Origin: Ophelia neglecta
Lineage: Eukaryota
Assembly: GCA_965285935.1 (NCBI GenBank)
Contig: OZ260661.1
Coordinates: forward strand, 21,142,001 to 21,206,000
Direction of reading: 5' to 3'
Length of the DNA stretch: 64,000 bases
A program made the position numbers and the translations under genes. The notes under the pieces are model-generated. The model was given only the letters and a program-made list of their open reading frames with translations. It made no database searches and had not been told where the DNA came from. Shown here piece by piece: positions 49,666 through 61,932 of the stretch (positions within the stretch are counted from its first letter, which is position 1; each line of letters starts with the position of its first letter).

Positions 49666-49951
49666 GGGACGGACCATTAGATATCTAGGGGGGGGGGCAG
49701 AGAACTTGGCTCTAGTTAGGAAATTTTTTTTCATGAATAAAGTTGACAGAAAAATTTTTTTCACCACCGAATCCGCCAGATTATTTTTTTCCTCTATATA
49801 ATATATTTTTTTACTTAAAAATAATAGGCAGATTATTTTTTTTTTATGTATTTTTCTGGCAGATTATTTATTTTTGAGAAAATCAAAGCCAGAAAATTTA
49901 TTTTCATTTTTTTCTGCCCCCCCCCCCCCTAGATATCTAATGGTCCGTCCC
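49666..49951. mobile_element. PIF/Harbinger (Tourist-like) MITE, copy 1
   Basis: TIR GGGACGGACCATTAGATATCTAG(G)n with a TTA TSD on both sides. Confidence 0.92.
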
Positions 49952-50543
49952 TTAGCTATGCATCTGAAAAAACAGTTCCCATCTTTCTTGACTGGCGACA
50001 ATACTCTTTTTGTTTCTTCATTCACGGCGGATGTACAAGTATTTTCACAGTAAATAAGTTTCTTATTCTTCTGTGTCTCTAGTTCTTTCCGCTTCATAGC
50101 AGTAAAGTCAAACAGTTTATCCTGTATAGTTCTTCTTATGTGAGAGTTTTCTATTAGTTTTACCTGGTTATTGAGGGTGTCAATCTTCTTGTTGACTTCA
50201 CCGGACAGCCGTTTACTAACCGCAATCGCTTCTCCAATCAATTTGTGAGAAGTATTTGTAAGAATGTGGTCACAGTTGTTCCGTTCTTCCGTATCCGTGT
50301 CCATGCATAGGTTCCATTTCATTTTAAATCCTTTTGGTATATGCTGGTTATTCATGCATAATTCTAAAACCGTTCATGCGACTGGTATCTAATATATTTT
50401 GATGTCAACTTCTTCAGATCATTAAGTAGATTGTAATGTCTTCTTTCCATCTCGGAGTTTTCTTTGTATCATAAACACACAAGTTATTAAATAAATAGTC
50501 CAAGTAAAAGAAAAACTCAACAAAATGTACTAAAATCCAAAAA

Positions 50544-50583
50544 GACCTATATTTCAAACGGCATGCCGTCCTTCATCAGGGCT
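50544..50583 (-). ncRNA. Hammerhead ribozyme motif in the Penelope pLTR
   Basis: The minus strand reads CCCTGATGAAGGACGGCATGCCGTTTGAAATATAGGTC: CUGAUGA core, palindromic stem II, GAAA core. Confidence 0.65.
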
Positions 50584-52193
50584 ATAAAATACAAATGATC
50601 TAAATTCAATATGACGTCATAAAAATAAATTTATTATTGACGACACTTCCGTTGACAATTGACGTTATTCCCGCTTTATTTATTGACCCCTTCTGGGCAT
50701 TTGGTTTTTAGTCTGTTTATCCATCTGGCCTCAATATTTCTCCTTTCTCTTTGATCCCTACATCCAAGTTGTTCCAATCCAACAATTCTAAAGTTTTCAA
50801 TGGAATGTCCGTGTCCATTATAGTGCGCTGGCACATTCGTAAAGTCCCTCTTTTGCCTAATATGACTTAAGTGATTTAGCATTCGGGTATACAGAGAAGT
50901 TCCTGCCTCGCCAACATATACAATTTTACCACATTTTGTGCAATGTATGCCATATATACAGTTTATAGTCTTACAGTGTATAGTACCCTTGACATATATA
51001 GAAGTACCATTATGTTTGAATGTTTTAGACTCTATCATTAATTTACAAATACAACATTTCTTACTATCGAATTATCAAATGGTTCCTTGTCATGTGACGA
51101 AAAATTAAGCGTCCGCGTATATGGTAGAATGGGAGACTGAACTATTATCGAGTTGTCAAAAGGGCCCCTCTCACTATTTTAGATTTGTTGATGATGTATG
51201 GGGGCTTTGGGTTCACTCAGAGAATGATTTACTTGATTTCTGTAAATATGCGAACAGTATACACCCAAATATCAGTGTAGAACTCCGTTATGGTAAATCA
51301 ATAGAGTTCTTAGATACAAGAACAACTTTGAGAGGGGGTAAAATTGTTACCGCAGTTTATTCAAAACCAACTGATAAACATATGTATGTCAGGGCTGACT
51401 CAGATCACCCTAAACACATGAAAAAAGGACAAGCGATCCAAGTGAAGCGTATTTGCAGTGAAAAAGAAACATATAACTTAGAGAAAGGTAGAATAATTGG
51501 TAACTTGGCAGCACGTGGTTATGACAAAAAGTCTGTTGAATCATCAATGAATGAAATTGAACATATACCACGAGAAGAGTTGTTAAAATACAAGAAAAAA
51601 AACTGTTCCAAGTTTTATGCATCCCGCTTAGCGAGGTGTATCGAGTAAACCCGCAAAGTTAACTTGCTATGACTTTTTTTATAGGGGGAGATGCTGCCTA
51701 TATGTGTTGGTTTTCCAGAGTCAGGGTTTAAATAGACACATGTGTTCTATTTCGGCAAACACATGAAAGGAGTACTTTTTCGGCGACGCCTAGGCTTGAA
51801 AGGGGAGTATAGCGAGAAGTGGGATATACAGGCACGAGTCGGCATGTGGTGCATATTCAGAACGAAATTTGCACCTCCTTGTCTAAATAATATGGAGCTT
51901 ATCCCCCTCCCGAATTCATAATGGCGTGCGCAAACTTGGTCCATTTAATAGCGATTTGCTATTGGCTGCCTAGAAAGCATGTCAATGTTGATAAACACAC
52001 TCGCACATGTTCACGTTTTCATACAATTATCTATCAGTCAGATATGCTTTACATTTACTGAAGAGATAAACGAAGGGGAGTGCGCTCAAAGCAAACATTG
52101 AACACGTTTACAACCTATCACGATTATAAACTTATAGGCCTATTAGTAAAACACAATCACTGGTATTGACAAAAAATAAGCTGCATTCCTTAC

Positions 52194-52380
52194 CTGTTTA
52201 CAGTGGTGGCCAGTCCCTCCCACGCCGCCTTACGACGTCTTTTCGCTTCAACTGTATTAGACTTGTAATAGGGTTCGGACTTTTCTCTTTCAAAACCTTG
52301 TAGAAGGGCTACCTGCTCGGCCATGGAGAAAGGCTTGGTCCGCTGCCGGGTGTGCTATTCCACGGCCTAATTCTCCATCT
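52194..52380 (-). pseudogene. Decayed first exon of a third Myb/SANT-like gene
   Basis: RQRTKPFSMAEQVALLQGFERE...RRRKAAWEGLATTVNR|GTAAG, with two upstream in-frame stops. Confidence 0.6.
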
Positions 52381-52584
52381 TCAACTCTGTCTTTCACAGC
52401 AGACTACGTGCAACGTTGACCTGCGCGTGACATTGCACGTGCCAGTTTGGAAACACGCATGCGCAATGGCTATTCAGGTCAGGTCACGGTTTTAAGGAGG
52501 GTCACTGGGGTACCATTGACAAAATGGGGGAAAATTTGGGGAAAAATTGAAACATCATACAGAAAGTTTAAATGGGTAAACTTA

Positions 52585-52876
52585 GGGACGGACCATTAGA
52601 TATCTAGGGGGGGGGGGGGGGCAGAGAACTTGGCTCTAGTTAGGAAATTTTTTTTCATGAATAAAGTTGACAGAAAATTTTTTTTCACCACAGAATCTGC
52701 CAGATTATTTTTTTCCTCTATATAATATATTTTTTTACTTAAAAATAATAGGCAGATTATTTTTTTTTTATGTATTTTTCTGGCAGATTATTTATTTTTG
52801 AGAAAATCAAAGCCAGAAAATTTATTTTCATTTTTTTCTGCCCCCCCCCCCCCCTAGATATCTAATGGTCCGTCCC
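52585..52876. mobile_element. PIF/Harbinger MITE, copy 2
   Basis: Same TIR and TTA TSD; nearly identical to 49666-49951. Confidence 0.92.
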
Positions 52877-53279
52877 TTAACTGATGTTAAGAAAATTACT
52901 TTTGTGGTCTTTAATGAGAGCTTCTAGAACTAAGAAAATTTAATAAACATACATTTTGATGAAGACTTTATGCATTTGATCATGTATCACACTAGCAGGA
53001 AATAGAAATACTTACTATTACATGTAATGTGACCATTTATAATACCATCTGAACATGCTAGATCAACACTGTGATGGCTTTATTTTATTCTTATAATGAT
53101 ACATTCTCCATTTAAAAATGAAATTCATTAAACCAATGATTTCCAAAACCGATTTTTCATGACATCAAAGTGTTATGAACTTATATTGTAGTGTACGTAC
53201 CCCCTCCTACCCCTCAAACTTAGACGGTGCATAAAACTTTACCCATATATTCTTGTGCAATGTAAATACAGATTTGGAA

Positions 53280-53600
53280 CCCTGAAATGCATATGAAAAA
53301 ACGTTCATTGGGGTTCAATTACATTCATTTTTCATCATATGTGAGTGCATGTAATTTCCTTGATTGTGTGAAAATGTGGGGACCAGCCTGGTCTTGGTCA
53401 TGCTTTTCTTTCGAAGGCTTTAATGGAGAAATACTGAAAAGTGTTCATGGAAAGAGGAATGTGACTAAGCTACTGGATGTTGCAGGCACAAAAGAAAGCG
53501 GAGGCTAAAGCTCAAATATTGCCAGTAGGGCCGCTGAAAACGATCATGGATAGAATGACAGGTAAACGTAGGCCCAGTTCAGCAATGTTTCAGGCAAGGG
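53280..53600 (+). pseudogene. CACTA/EnSpm-type transposase fragment
   Basis: LDCVKMWGPAWSWSCFSFEGFNGEILKSVHG resembles the N.H...GPLW..SCF.FE..NG motif of animal CACTA-like transposases. Confidence 0.55.
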
Positions 53601-55699
53601 ACTGTTAAATTGTTGGTGTCATGATATATTGTTTCAATTGGCTGTGTTAACGGCGAACGTGAAAGCTGCGGCGAAAGCAGCTGGGCCTCTTAAAATAAGC
53701 TAGTATGATCTCAAAAATAACCCCACCCTTACCCACTTGTATCAAGAACAATGCCGAGATGTTTGGGCAAGGGTTTGGTAATTAAATGACTGATATTACA
53801 GATTATTGCTCTACCAACTCTGCTTTCGCCACAACTTTCGCTTTTGCTGTTAATTTAACACAATTGAAACAGTTCACAGGAGAAGCTGATCTACTATGCA
53901 ATACACTTGTTGCAAAAAAAGGTCATGTGTAATGATTACTTACTATATTAAAGTGATGGCAAAGTTACGAAACATAAAAGCAACACTGTTCTTTTGCATA
54001 GGTCTATTAAAAAATTAGCCAACGTTGTCAGTGTTCAAATATGCCTTGTTTCATTACCAATAAAAAGAGTATATGTAGTTTGTGTGGCTTACTGGACAGA
54101 TGGCAGTATACAAGGACTGGTTCCTCAAATACAGCAGGTGATAAGCACTTGGTAAGTTTTAGAATTTGTGTGTTTCTAACTGCAAATCAGGTGTGCATCC
54201 AATTCAATCATGTAATGGAACAATCATGCAGATCACCACATGGTTTAATTTTTAGTATGATTACCATTACTGTAGAGCATTTCATGTTTATCGACAAGCA
54301 ATTTGATGGATTTGTTCTCTCTAGATTTCTGTTGCGGCTTTTCAGAACCCAAGTTTTAATCTACAAGCAATATTGTAACCAATTTATCTGGGTGAGCAGG
54401 GATTATGTTTCTGTATTGTGTCATTGGTTGTTTCTGAGCGACGTACTTAACACTAATTTTGACTTAATTTGGTAAGAGTATAGCCTATGACCAGCCTCCA
54501 ATTGACTACATTATTGAAGATCTAGTTTTGATTTATATTTCACAGTGCATTGTGAATTTCAGATCTCTGTTTGTGTCATTGGATGTTTCTGAGCGATTTC
54601 AGATCTCTGTTTATGGTAATACTATACTTAAGAACAACTCCATAGCCACTCCACTTCTTTTAATAGAATAATAAGGGTTAACCTATTGTCAGGGTGTAAC
54701 GAAAAATATACTTCAAATATTTCTATTCTATACATGCCCATATGTCAGCTAGTAGAAATGTTGTACTGCTAGGTGGAGCAAATATGAATGTATTTTATTG
54801 CATAAAAAAGTTTAGTAAATATCATGGTAGGTTTCTTATAAATGTGACACCACAAGTTAAAAAATCTGTGTTGTATGAAACTATCGTTCTCAAAATATGC
54901 TACAGGTATTTATTTCTAGATTGGCGGTCCCAAAAGTATATTTATGTGTACTAATTGGTCTTTATGGACAATAAATTTGAATAATGAATTAGGATGACTT
55001 TTTTTGTGCATTTCATTGAGTTGCTTATTTGAAAGCATTTTATTGTGTGCTATTAGGGCGACATCATCTGAGGGTCATTTGGCGGTTTTGAAAATCTAAG
55101 CATTTTAATATAAGGGTATTACAGTAATACTCTTAAGCATTTGATTATCCTGGGTTATCTTGACCAGGATTCATAAAGAATCAGACATATCATAAGTTCC
55201 CCCATGGTCGGGTACTGTTCCAGCAGACGATTTTCTCAAATTCTATCCCGACTAGGTCAATTCTAGATAAAGTCGGCAATCCATTCTCCAATACCTCCGC
55301 AATAAAATTTATCCCAAACAGGATAGGAGTAGTATGAAAGTTTACTCGAACTGCAGCTTCGTTTTTCCCAATCAGAATTGGTGGAAAAGGCCAGCCAGTA
55401 TCATGAAATATGTTTAGAAGCATTACACACTTTTCGTGTTCCATGGGTCCAAAATAGTATATAGCTGTGTAACATATTAATGTGCATAGCAAAAAGGTGA
55501 TTTAATCAATTCTCCTACTTTTACCATGTTTGGCTAGAAATCCATTTATCATCACTAAAGTAGTAATGTAAACAGCCAAATCAAAATCAGCCAAATCAAA
55601 ATCATCCAAGGTCAAAATTTGCTCAATTCTGCAAGCTTACTGACCTTAGTTCATGCTTGAATTTTGTTAGTTGAAATTTTTCATTCCAGCAGTAGGCAG

Positions 55700-55975
55700 C
55701 AAGTCCAAAATGTTCTTACAATTTCCTACAGCATATTTTCTAAGTTCAAAATTTCTGTATAATTCCTTATGGCATATTTTCAAAGTTCATAATTTCCATA
55801 CATTTCCGTACGTCATATTTTCTTAGTTCAAAATTTGTACAATTATGTGCGACATATTTTCCAAGTTCAAAATTTCCGTACAATTCTGTACGGCATATTT
55901 GTTATGTTCAAAATGTCCATACAGTTCCGTAAAAAATATTGTCAGAGTTCAAAAATGTCCGTACAGTTCCCACTT
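55700..55975. repeat. ~39-bp degenerate tandem repeat (possibly CACTA subterminal)
   Basis: Repeated AGTTCAAAATTTCCGTACAATT..GGCATATTTT. Confidence 0.65.
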
Positions 55976-56821
55976 TTCCATTTAAATTTATGCTGTAGAA
56001 GATAAAATTCTATGGAAATTTATATGGTACGAAGTTATATCATTCTTGCAGTCGGTTATCCGCACTTCCCACAATGCACTGCGTGTAGGCTTTGCATGGC
56101 AACGGCGAAACAAACAGTGTTGGTAGTGCAGTGCTTGTGTGTAAAGATACCTGTTGCCTTGTATTTACGGACTCTTTTATTAAATTATTAAATTACGCTC
56201 ATAGCGTACTATCTACGATAGTAAAAGTGACTTAACATTCATTGTAAAACCGTCTGCATTGCCTGCCTTTATTGCCGGGATATTCGACAGACAGTCGACA
56301 GACCTACCTTAACATAGCCCCTACGTAAAAAAAAAAGACCTAACCACCCAACACTATATCGTACACTGTATAACTTGCCATACAGCAGATACCAAACTTC
56401 CCTGTTGCCTCTTGATAATCTCTCCACGACCGAGATGAGGTGGTTGCTTAGTATCCGCAGGTAATCCCGCACGATTTGCCCTAACACATTTTAGTCAGGA
56501 AAACATCTGACCCATCCACCTAGAAGATTCTTTTTTTTATAAAATAGAGCTCAATAACCGCTTACTTTGGTTGAAGTCTGAGACTTCGGTTTAATCCCCC
56601 CCGTTCACATCTCCTTCTCGCTAGGCAAGATCCAAGGCTGCCTTCACGAGACCAGCTTCGCTAGCTGTTCCACTTGTGGCTTCGCCGTCTATGTTCTACC
56701 CGTTTCCACTTCCGCGTTGCTGCTCTCGGCTCTCACCAAGCTGCCCCTTGCTCATCGCATGTATATATTTTCAGTCATATGCAAGCAAATTGGCAACTGA
56801 ATTCCTTTCAGTAAATGCATA

Positions 56822-57769
56822 ATGGCATTCGCTCGTAGCTTGACAGAGCCTGTTGTTCGTCACCGGTCGCGGATTCGTGTCCCTGTGGAGGATTTTCTGA
56901 ACTTGATGGCAGACAGCCGGGGCGACGACTTGGCGCCAACGGACCCGCCAAAACGTAAACCTGGCAGACCTAAGAAGAAAGCGGCGCATGAGTCACCACC
57001 TACACAGCCGATTGCAAACGAGATTAGCACTCTCCTAAGCCAGGTAACACAAGAACTAGACAAACTGCGCCTCGAAAGAGAAGCACTGAAACGTGAACGT
57101 GAAAATGCCTTGTCTGCCCCAAATCTGACTCGAAGCACCACCACCCCGCCTATAAACACCATAGGCGAACCGGTTACCATTGACCACATTCGCCGCAAGC
57201 TCGGACAGGCACCCGTGGCCCCTCTCCCATGGCTCGAAGAGGATGCAGTGCAGTTCCCCGATAGCCCTGGCCTCGACACAGACGGTAAGCCAATTTGGCC
57301 TCCATACAGAGCTCCTCACACCTCTAAGTCTGGTCGGTTACTCACCCGGGGGGACCGGGTGAAATGTTCTATCCAATGGCCTCATCTGTACAGTTCTGGG
57401 TCTGAATACGACTCCCTCACTTTTCCCAGCCTGATACGAGGGGTACTACACGTTCTGCTTGACAATATTAATAAGGGGGGCGACATTTCTGACCGGCTGA
57501 CCCACCTTATCAGTTTAAGTCAGGACGCAGAAACTTTCAAAGACGCCTGGCCTTCAGTCCGCAAATATCACGCTGCTATCTTAGAAGAGATAGAACAAGG
57601 ACAAAGGAAATGGACTGACGATAAAACCAGTCTCAGAGAGACCTACCTTTACCCGAATTATAAGTCGGTCAATCACCAGAATCAGCAGCAAATCACAATA
57701 TGCAGGGACTTCAACAGAGCCACATGCACTCAGCCAGACTGTAAATATCAGCACATATGTCGTCCCTAA
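56822..57769 (+). CDS. Ngaro gag-like ORF1 with an AT-hook-like motif and a C-terminal CCCH finger
   Basis: KRKPGRPKK, W.SVRKYHAAILEEIEQG..W and CRDFNRATCTQPDCKYQHIC. Confidence 0.75.
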   Translation: MAFARSLTEPVVRHRSRIRVPVEDFLNLMADSRGDDLAPTDPPKRKPGRPKKKAAHESPPTQPIANEISTLLSQVTQELDKLRLEREALKRERENALSAPNLTRSTTTPPINTIGEPVTIDHIRRKLGQAPVAPLPWLEEDAVQFPDSPGLDTDGKPIWPPYRAPHTSKSGRLLTRGDRVKCSIQWPHLYSSGSEYDSLTFPSLIRGVLHVLLDNINKGGDISDRLTHLISLSQDAETFKDAWPSVRKYHAAILEEIEQGQRKWTDDKTSLRETYLYPNYKSVNHQNQQQITICRDFNRATCTQPDCKYQHICRP

Positions 57770-57999
57770 TTTACCATCCGGCACACACAGGCACGTCACT
57801 CTGCACCCGAATGCCCCCACCGTCCTGGCGCCCAGCAAGGTGGATCTTCCAAACGCGGACAACAGCATCAGGACACAAAACAACATGAATGTGTGTACCT
57901 AGCTAGCAACCAAATACTAAATAGCTTAATCTCTTTCCAAAATTCATTGTTGTTCACATTGTTATTGTACATGATTTTGTCTCCTCCGCGGGTAGCAGC

Positions 58000-59925
58000 A
58001 GAACATCCCTGCTTGCCTACATTTTGCCCCCCGGCTACCGCTGCCCCCAACCATCCTCCCCCACAGCCACAGAAGCCTCCCAAGTTCAGCGGCAAAATTA
58101 CCAGTGCTTGTTCGTCTGCGGCCGAGAGGATATCGCCCACTACCACGGCCGTACCCCCTCCGGGCCCCTCTTCTGTAAAACCGAACAAGACACATCAGCT
58201 GTTCTCCCCCGTCGAAGACATTCCCACTCCAGGAATTAAATGGCCTCCCGTTTCCCCCCATGTCATATCTGAAGCTGCACAACGGCACAAAAAGGTCCGC
58301 GAATCCGCCGCCCCAAACTATCTGAATTGCAGAATTCAGGTCCTGTCTTCACTTGTCATCCCCAAATGGCGGGAAGAGCTGGTGGGGCACATAGACACCG
58401 AGCTGGCTGATTTCCTCGAATACGGTTGGCCGCTCGGGTATGCTTTACCAGAGGGGCCTACCACTAGTATAGGGAATTATAAATCTGCACTAGAAAATTT
58501 CCAACATGTAGACACTTATATCGAGAAAGAAGTGAGCCTTGGGGCTCTGATCGGCCCTCTTGATCATAACCCCTTATCATCCCCCCTCGCAGTCGCCCCC
58601 ATGCTTACGCGACCAAAGAAAGGTTGTGAGGAAATGAGAGTCATATCCGACCTGAGCTCCCCACAAGGCACGTCGACCAACGACGGCATTCCGAAAGGAT
58701 CGTATCTCGGGAAACCGACCAAGCTCAGATACCCGAACACCGACAGCCTGGTCGATCTTATCTGTAAGCATGGTCAAGGTTGTCTGCTCTGGAAGCGTGA
58801 TCTTAGTAGGGCTTACCGCCAGCTTCCAATCGACCCAGGGGATTACCATCTCCAGGCTTTGTACTGGCGAGGGAAGCTATATTTTGACACTGCGATGCAG
58901 TTTGGCATTAGAACAGGTAGCTTAGCAATGCAGAGAACCACCAACGGCTTTGTTTATATGATGAGCAAGAGAGGCTTTGACATCGTTGGTTATATAGACG
59001 ACAACGCCAGAGCAGACCGGGCGTGGCAGGCCTTCAATACTGCTAAGGCCTTACTAGCCGAGCTTGGTCTCACGGAATCAGAGAAAAAAGCAGTCTCGCC
59101 ATGCACCAGGATGGAATTTCTTGGCGTAATATTTGATACAATCAAGCTTACCCTTGAGGTCACACCAGAGCGACTTCAAGAGGCCTCAGATATTCTTGGC
59201 CATTGGCACACTCTCAGTGAAGCCAGCAAAACACAACTGCAGTCCCTTATTGGGAAACTACAATTCATCGCACGTTGCGTTCGCCCTGCGCGTGTTTTCA
59301 TTAGCAGACTGCTAGATACTCTGCGTACACTACCATCAAAGCAGGCAAAATTCAAAATTGCAGGCGAATTTACCAAGGACTTACTTTGGTGGGATAGATT
59401 TCTCCCTCGTTTCAATGGCATTTCAATGCTCCCATTTCAAACATGGACCGATCCAGATTCAATTCTCGCTACCGATGCCTGTTAATCGGGTTGCAGGGCA
59501 ACTGCTTTCGGAGAGTGCTTCAGCTCTCAATTCCCCAGCAGCGTGCGGGAACGATTCGGTGACAATATCAACGCATTAGAGCTTCTCACCATTGTGGCAG
59601 CTCTCAAACTATGGTCGCAGAAATTGTGTAACAAACGTCTCACAGTGCATTTCGATGACACAGCCGCCGTTCACGTAATTAACACAGGCCAGACCCGCAG
59701 TAAACAGCTCCTTCGATGTATCAGAGAGCTGTGGTGTGTGGCAGCCAGCTCGAGCATTGACATCCGAGCAGTTCATTTACGGGGCGCCGACAACCGCCTT
59801 CCAGATGCGCTTAGTCGATGGGATTCCAACCCAGAGCTCAGAGGCCCTGTTCTAGCGGCAGGCCTGAATTTTGTACCTCTGTCACACAATTATTTCTGCA
59901 TGTCAGCTAATTGGCTAATTGGTAC
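58000..59925 (+). pseudogene. Ngaro RT-RNase H (in-frame stop at 59483-59485)
   Basis: FLEYGWPLGY, RVISDLS, KRDLSRAYRQL, MQFGIR, GYIDD, EFLGV, TDAC*, INALELLTI, G..NRLPDALSR. Confidence 0.9.
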
Positions 59926-59991
59926 ATTAGTTGTAGGCTTGAGGTATATTTTGTTCCTTTCACTTCATTGCATATCGTTTGTTTATTTCAG

Positions 59992-60575
59992 GATGCACGG
60001 AACTCTTGCGCTTACGCGAGGACGTAAGCACCTGCTTGAAATACGGGTACGCGCCCAGCACTACCAAGAACTATTCATGCTGTTGGGTATCATATCAATT
60101 ATTTTGTGTTTTTTTTCAAAATCTTACCACTACCAGTCAGTGTAAGCAAGCTTGCGTATTTTCTTGTGCTGCTTCGTAGGACCGTAAACCCTGATACGCT
60201 CACAAACTATGTATCGGCATTGACGGCAATAAACTCCTTTTGTGGTTACGACGTTGACGCATTCAAACACCCAGCTGTGAAGCTGTTGTTGAATACAGCC
60301 AGACGGATTACACTTCATGCGCCAAGACAGGCCAAACCCATCACACTCCCGGTGTTGTTGGACATGTATAAAAGCCTGGATCTACGGCATCCGCTCCACC
60401 TGACCTTCTGGGTGGCAGTCTTGATTGGATTCTTTGGACTTCTACGCAAGAGCAATTTGGTTCCACCAAGCTCGTCCACCTTTGACGCTGAAAAGCACCT
60501 CACCAGAGCTGCCCTGGAACTTAGCGACTGTGGGCTCGCGATAAGGATTTCGTGGTCCAAAACACTGCAATTCAG
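59992..60575 (+). pseudogene. Ngaro tyrosine recombinase, frameshifted and C-terminally deleted
   Basis: YAPSTTKNY..W..Y..FC, a frameshift in the T-run at ~60110, then TLTNYVSAL, AKPIT, GFFGLLRKSN and SKTLQF, followed by an abrupt join to repeat B1. Confidence 0.85.
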
Positions 60576-61932
60576 ACCCGCATCGTCATCATTTTGGGGT
60601 GGGATTTGGTTGAAGTCTGAGACTTCGGTTTAATCCCCCCGTTCACATCGCCTTCTCGCTAGGCAAGATCCAAGGCTGCCTTCACGAGACCAGCTTCGCT
60701 AGCTGTTCCACTTGTGGCTTCGCCGTCTATGTTCTACCCGTTTCCACTTCCGCGTTGCTGCTCTCGGCTTTCACCAAGCTGCCCCTTGCTCACCCGCCCA
60801 CCACTCCCAATATTGTGTTACTCATCTCCGTCATTCGTTTCGTCCTGCTTGCGTCTCGCCTTACTCCTGCTCAACGGGCCTCTGCCCTGTGTTTCTGGTG
60901 TCCTACTTGTAATTCGTCTTTGTCGTTGTGTTATTGTCACTGTCTTTAACTGTCACTCATTGTGCATTAGCGATAACTTGTTCAGCATACTTAGGTGTTT
61001 TGAGTCTATATCATAATTAATAATTGTTCATGTAGGCGGCTCTAGTTTAATCACAGCATTCAGTTAATAAAATTTTCCGCCAACCCGCATCGTCATCATT
61101 TTGGGGTGGGATTCTTAATATTATCCCCATGTAAATAAAAATAAACAGTACAATAAACGATTAACTATACCCAACTTAAGACACTAAATGACCCAAATGG
61201 TGTTTATGTGTCGTTAAGCCCCAAAAATCCAAACCCTAACAGTGCCACAAGCAAGGGTGTGATGGTGCTCAAGATCCTGGAGCAATTTCACAGATGTGAA
61301 AACATTATCAAAATAATGATGGTGATTCTGATACAGGTCGGGCATTGACAAATTCATGACAACATCATATCCCAGCCCATTAGGCGACGGTGTCTGTCGC
61401 TTCCCAGTATACGCATCAAGATTACAAACGTACCCTGTCACAGCTTCTGCAAGGGTCCAGATTTTAAAGCCCCACTTTGTAGGCTTGGCAGGTAAGAACT
61501 GCTTCATAAATGAGCGCCCCTTGGAAGCAACCATGGCCTCGTCAATAGACAACTCTTGGCGAGGTTTGTAGTGATGAGCAATTCTTAAAGTGAGAGCTTC
61601 AAGTAAGGGACGAATTTTGTGCAGCGGGTCATATGCAGGACTACCTCGAGGGACAGCCATCAAGTTATCATTGACATGAAAATAATGTGAAATTTTTTGA
61701 AAGCAGGTCCGTGACATGACAGAAACCACACCGCTTACACCTTGAATAGAGAAATATTTAAATGTGTGCCATATAAATAACGTTTCATATAAAAATTATA
61801 GATTATTTTTATATCAGCCAACAGTTATAAGGTAATTAGGCAATATTATGTAAAAATTACTTACCCAACATTGGATTGGAAGACCAGTAGTGAGATATTT
61901 CAGGGAGCTGGTGTATCCTTAACATGATATTA

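Larger units (their letters stand above)
45990..50000 (-). pseudogene. OTU-like cysteine protease domain, split by a MITE and a piggyBac
   Basis: Removing both inserts restores an in-frame VKKDGNCFFRCIAKHIWGTEDGHVKMRQNIVDFM...YATEAEILAISDLYQMPIYV...NEHYN. Confidence 0.8.
45960..51610 (-). mobile_element. Penelope-like element (Neptune-like): pLTR (GIY-YIG plus 3' UTR), N-terminal ORF with OTU-like domain, and an inverted RT fragment
   Basis: The endonuclease at 50676-51060 reads CCICK...HCKTINCIYGIHCTKCGKIVYVGE...NH...E.RWI..L.T..P.G.N. The ORF head starts at ~50450 and includes IPKGF. The inverted plus-strand RT piece at 51121-51610 reads YFRFVDDVW, IEFLDT, YSKPTDKHMY..SDHP. Confidence 0.8.
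56566..61113 (+). mobile_element. Ngaro-type DIRS-order (YR) retrotransposon with split direct repeats A1-ORFs-B1-A2-B2
   Basis: A1 56568-56754 matches A2 60607-60792, and B1 60576-60606 matches B2 61083-61113. It contains gag, RT/RH and YR ORFs. Confidence 0.9.
56487..61233 (+). mobile_element. 5'-truncated LINE 3' UTR (pieces 56487-56565 and 61114-61233) of the family seen at 4767-5566
   Basis: Matches ~5365-5565 and is flanked by duplicated CCCTAACA (56479-56486 / 61234-61241). Confidence 0.85.

Noticed and set aside
55190-55492. 100-aa ORF with protein-like composition
   Set aside because: No recognisable motif, start or splice context; a database search would be needed.
60712-60912. 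HSFR motif that could be the missing YR box II
   Set aside because: It lies beyond repeat A2 in pyrimidine-rich non-coding sequence and lacks the downstream GxW and Tyr motifs, so it is likely chance.
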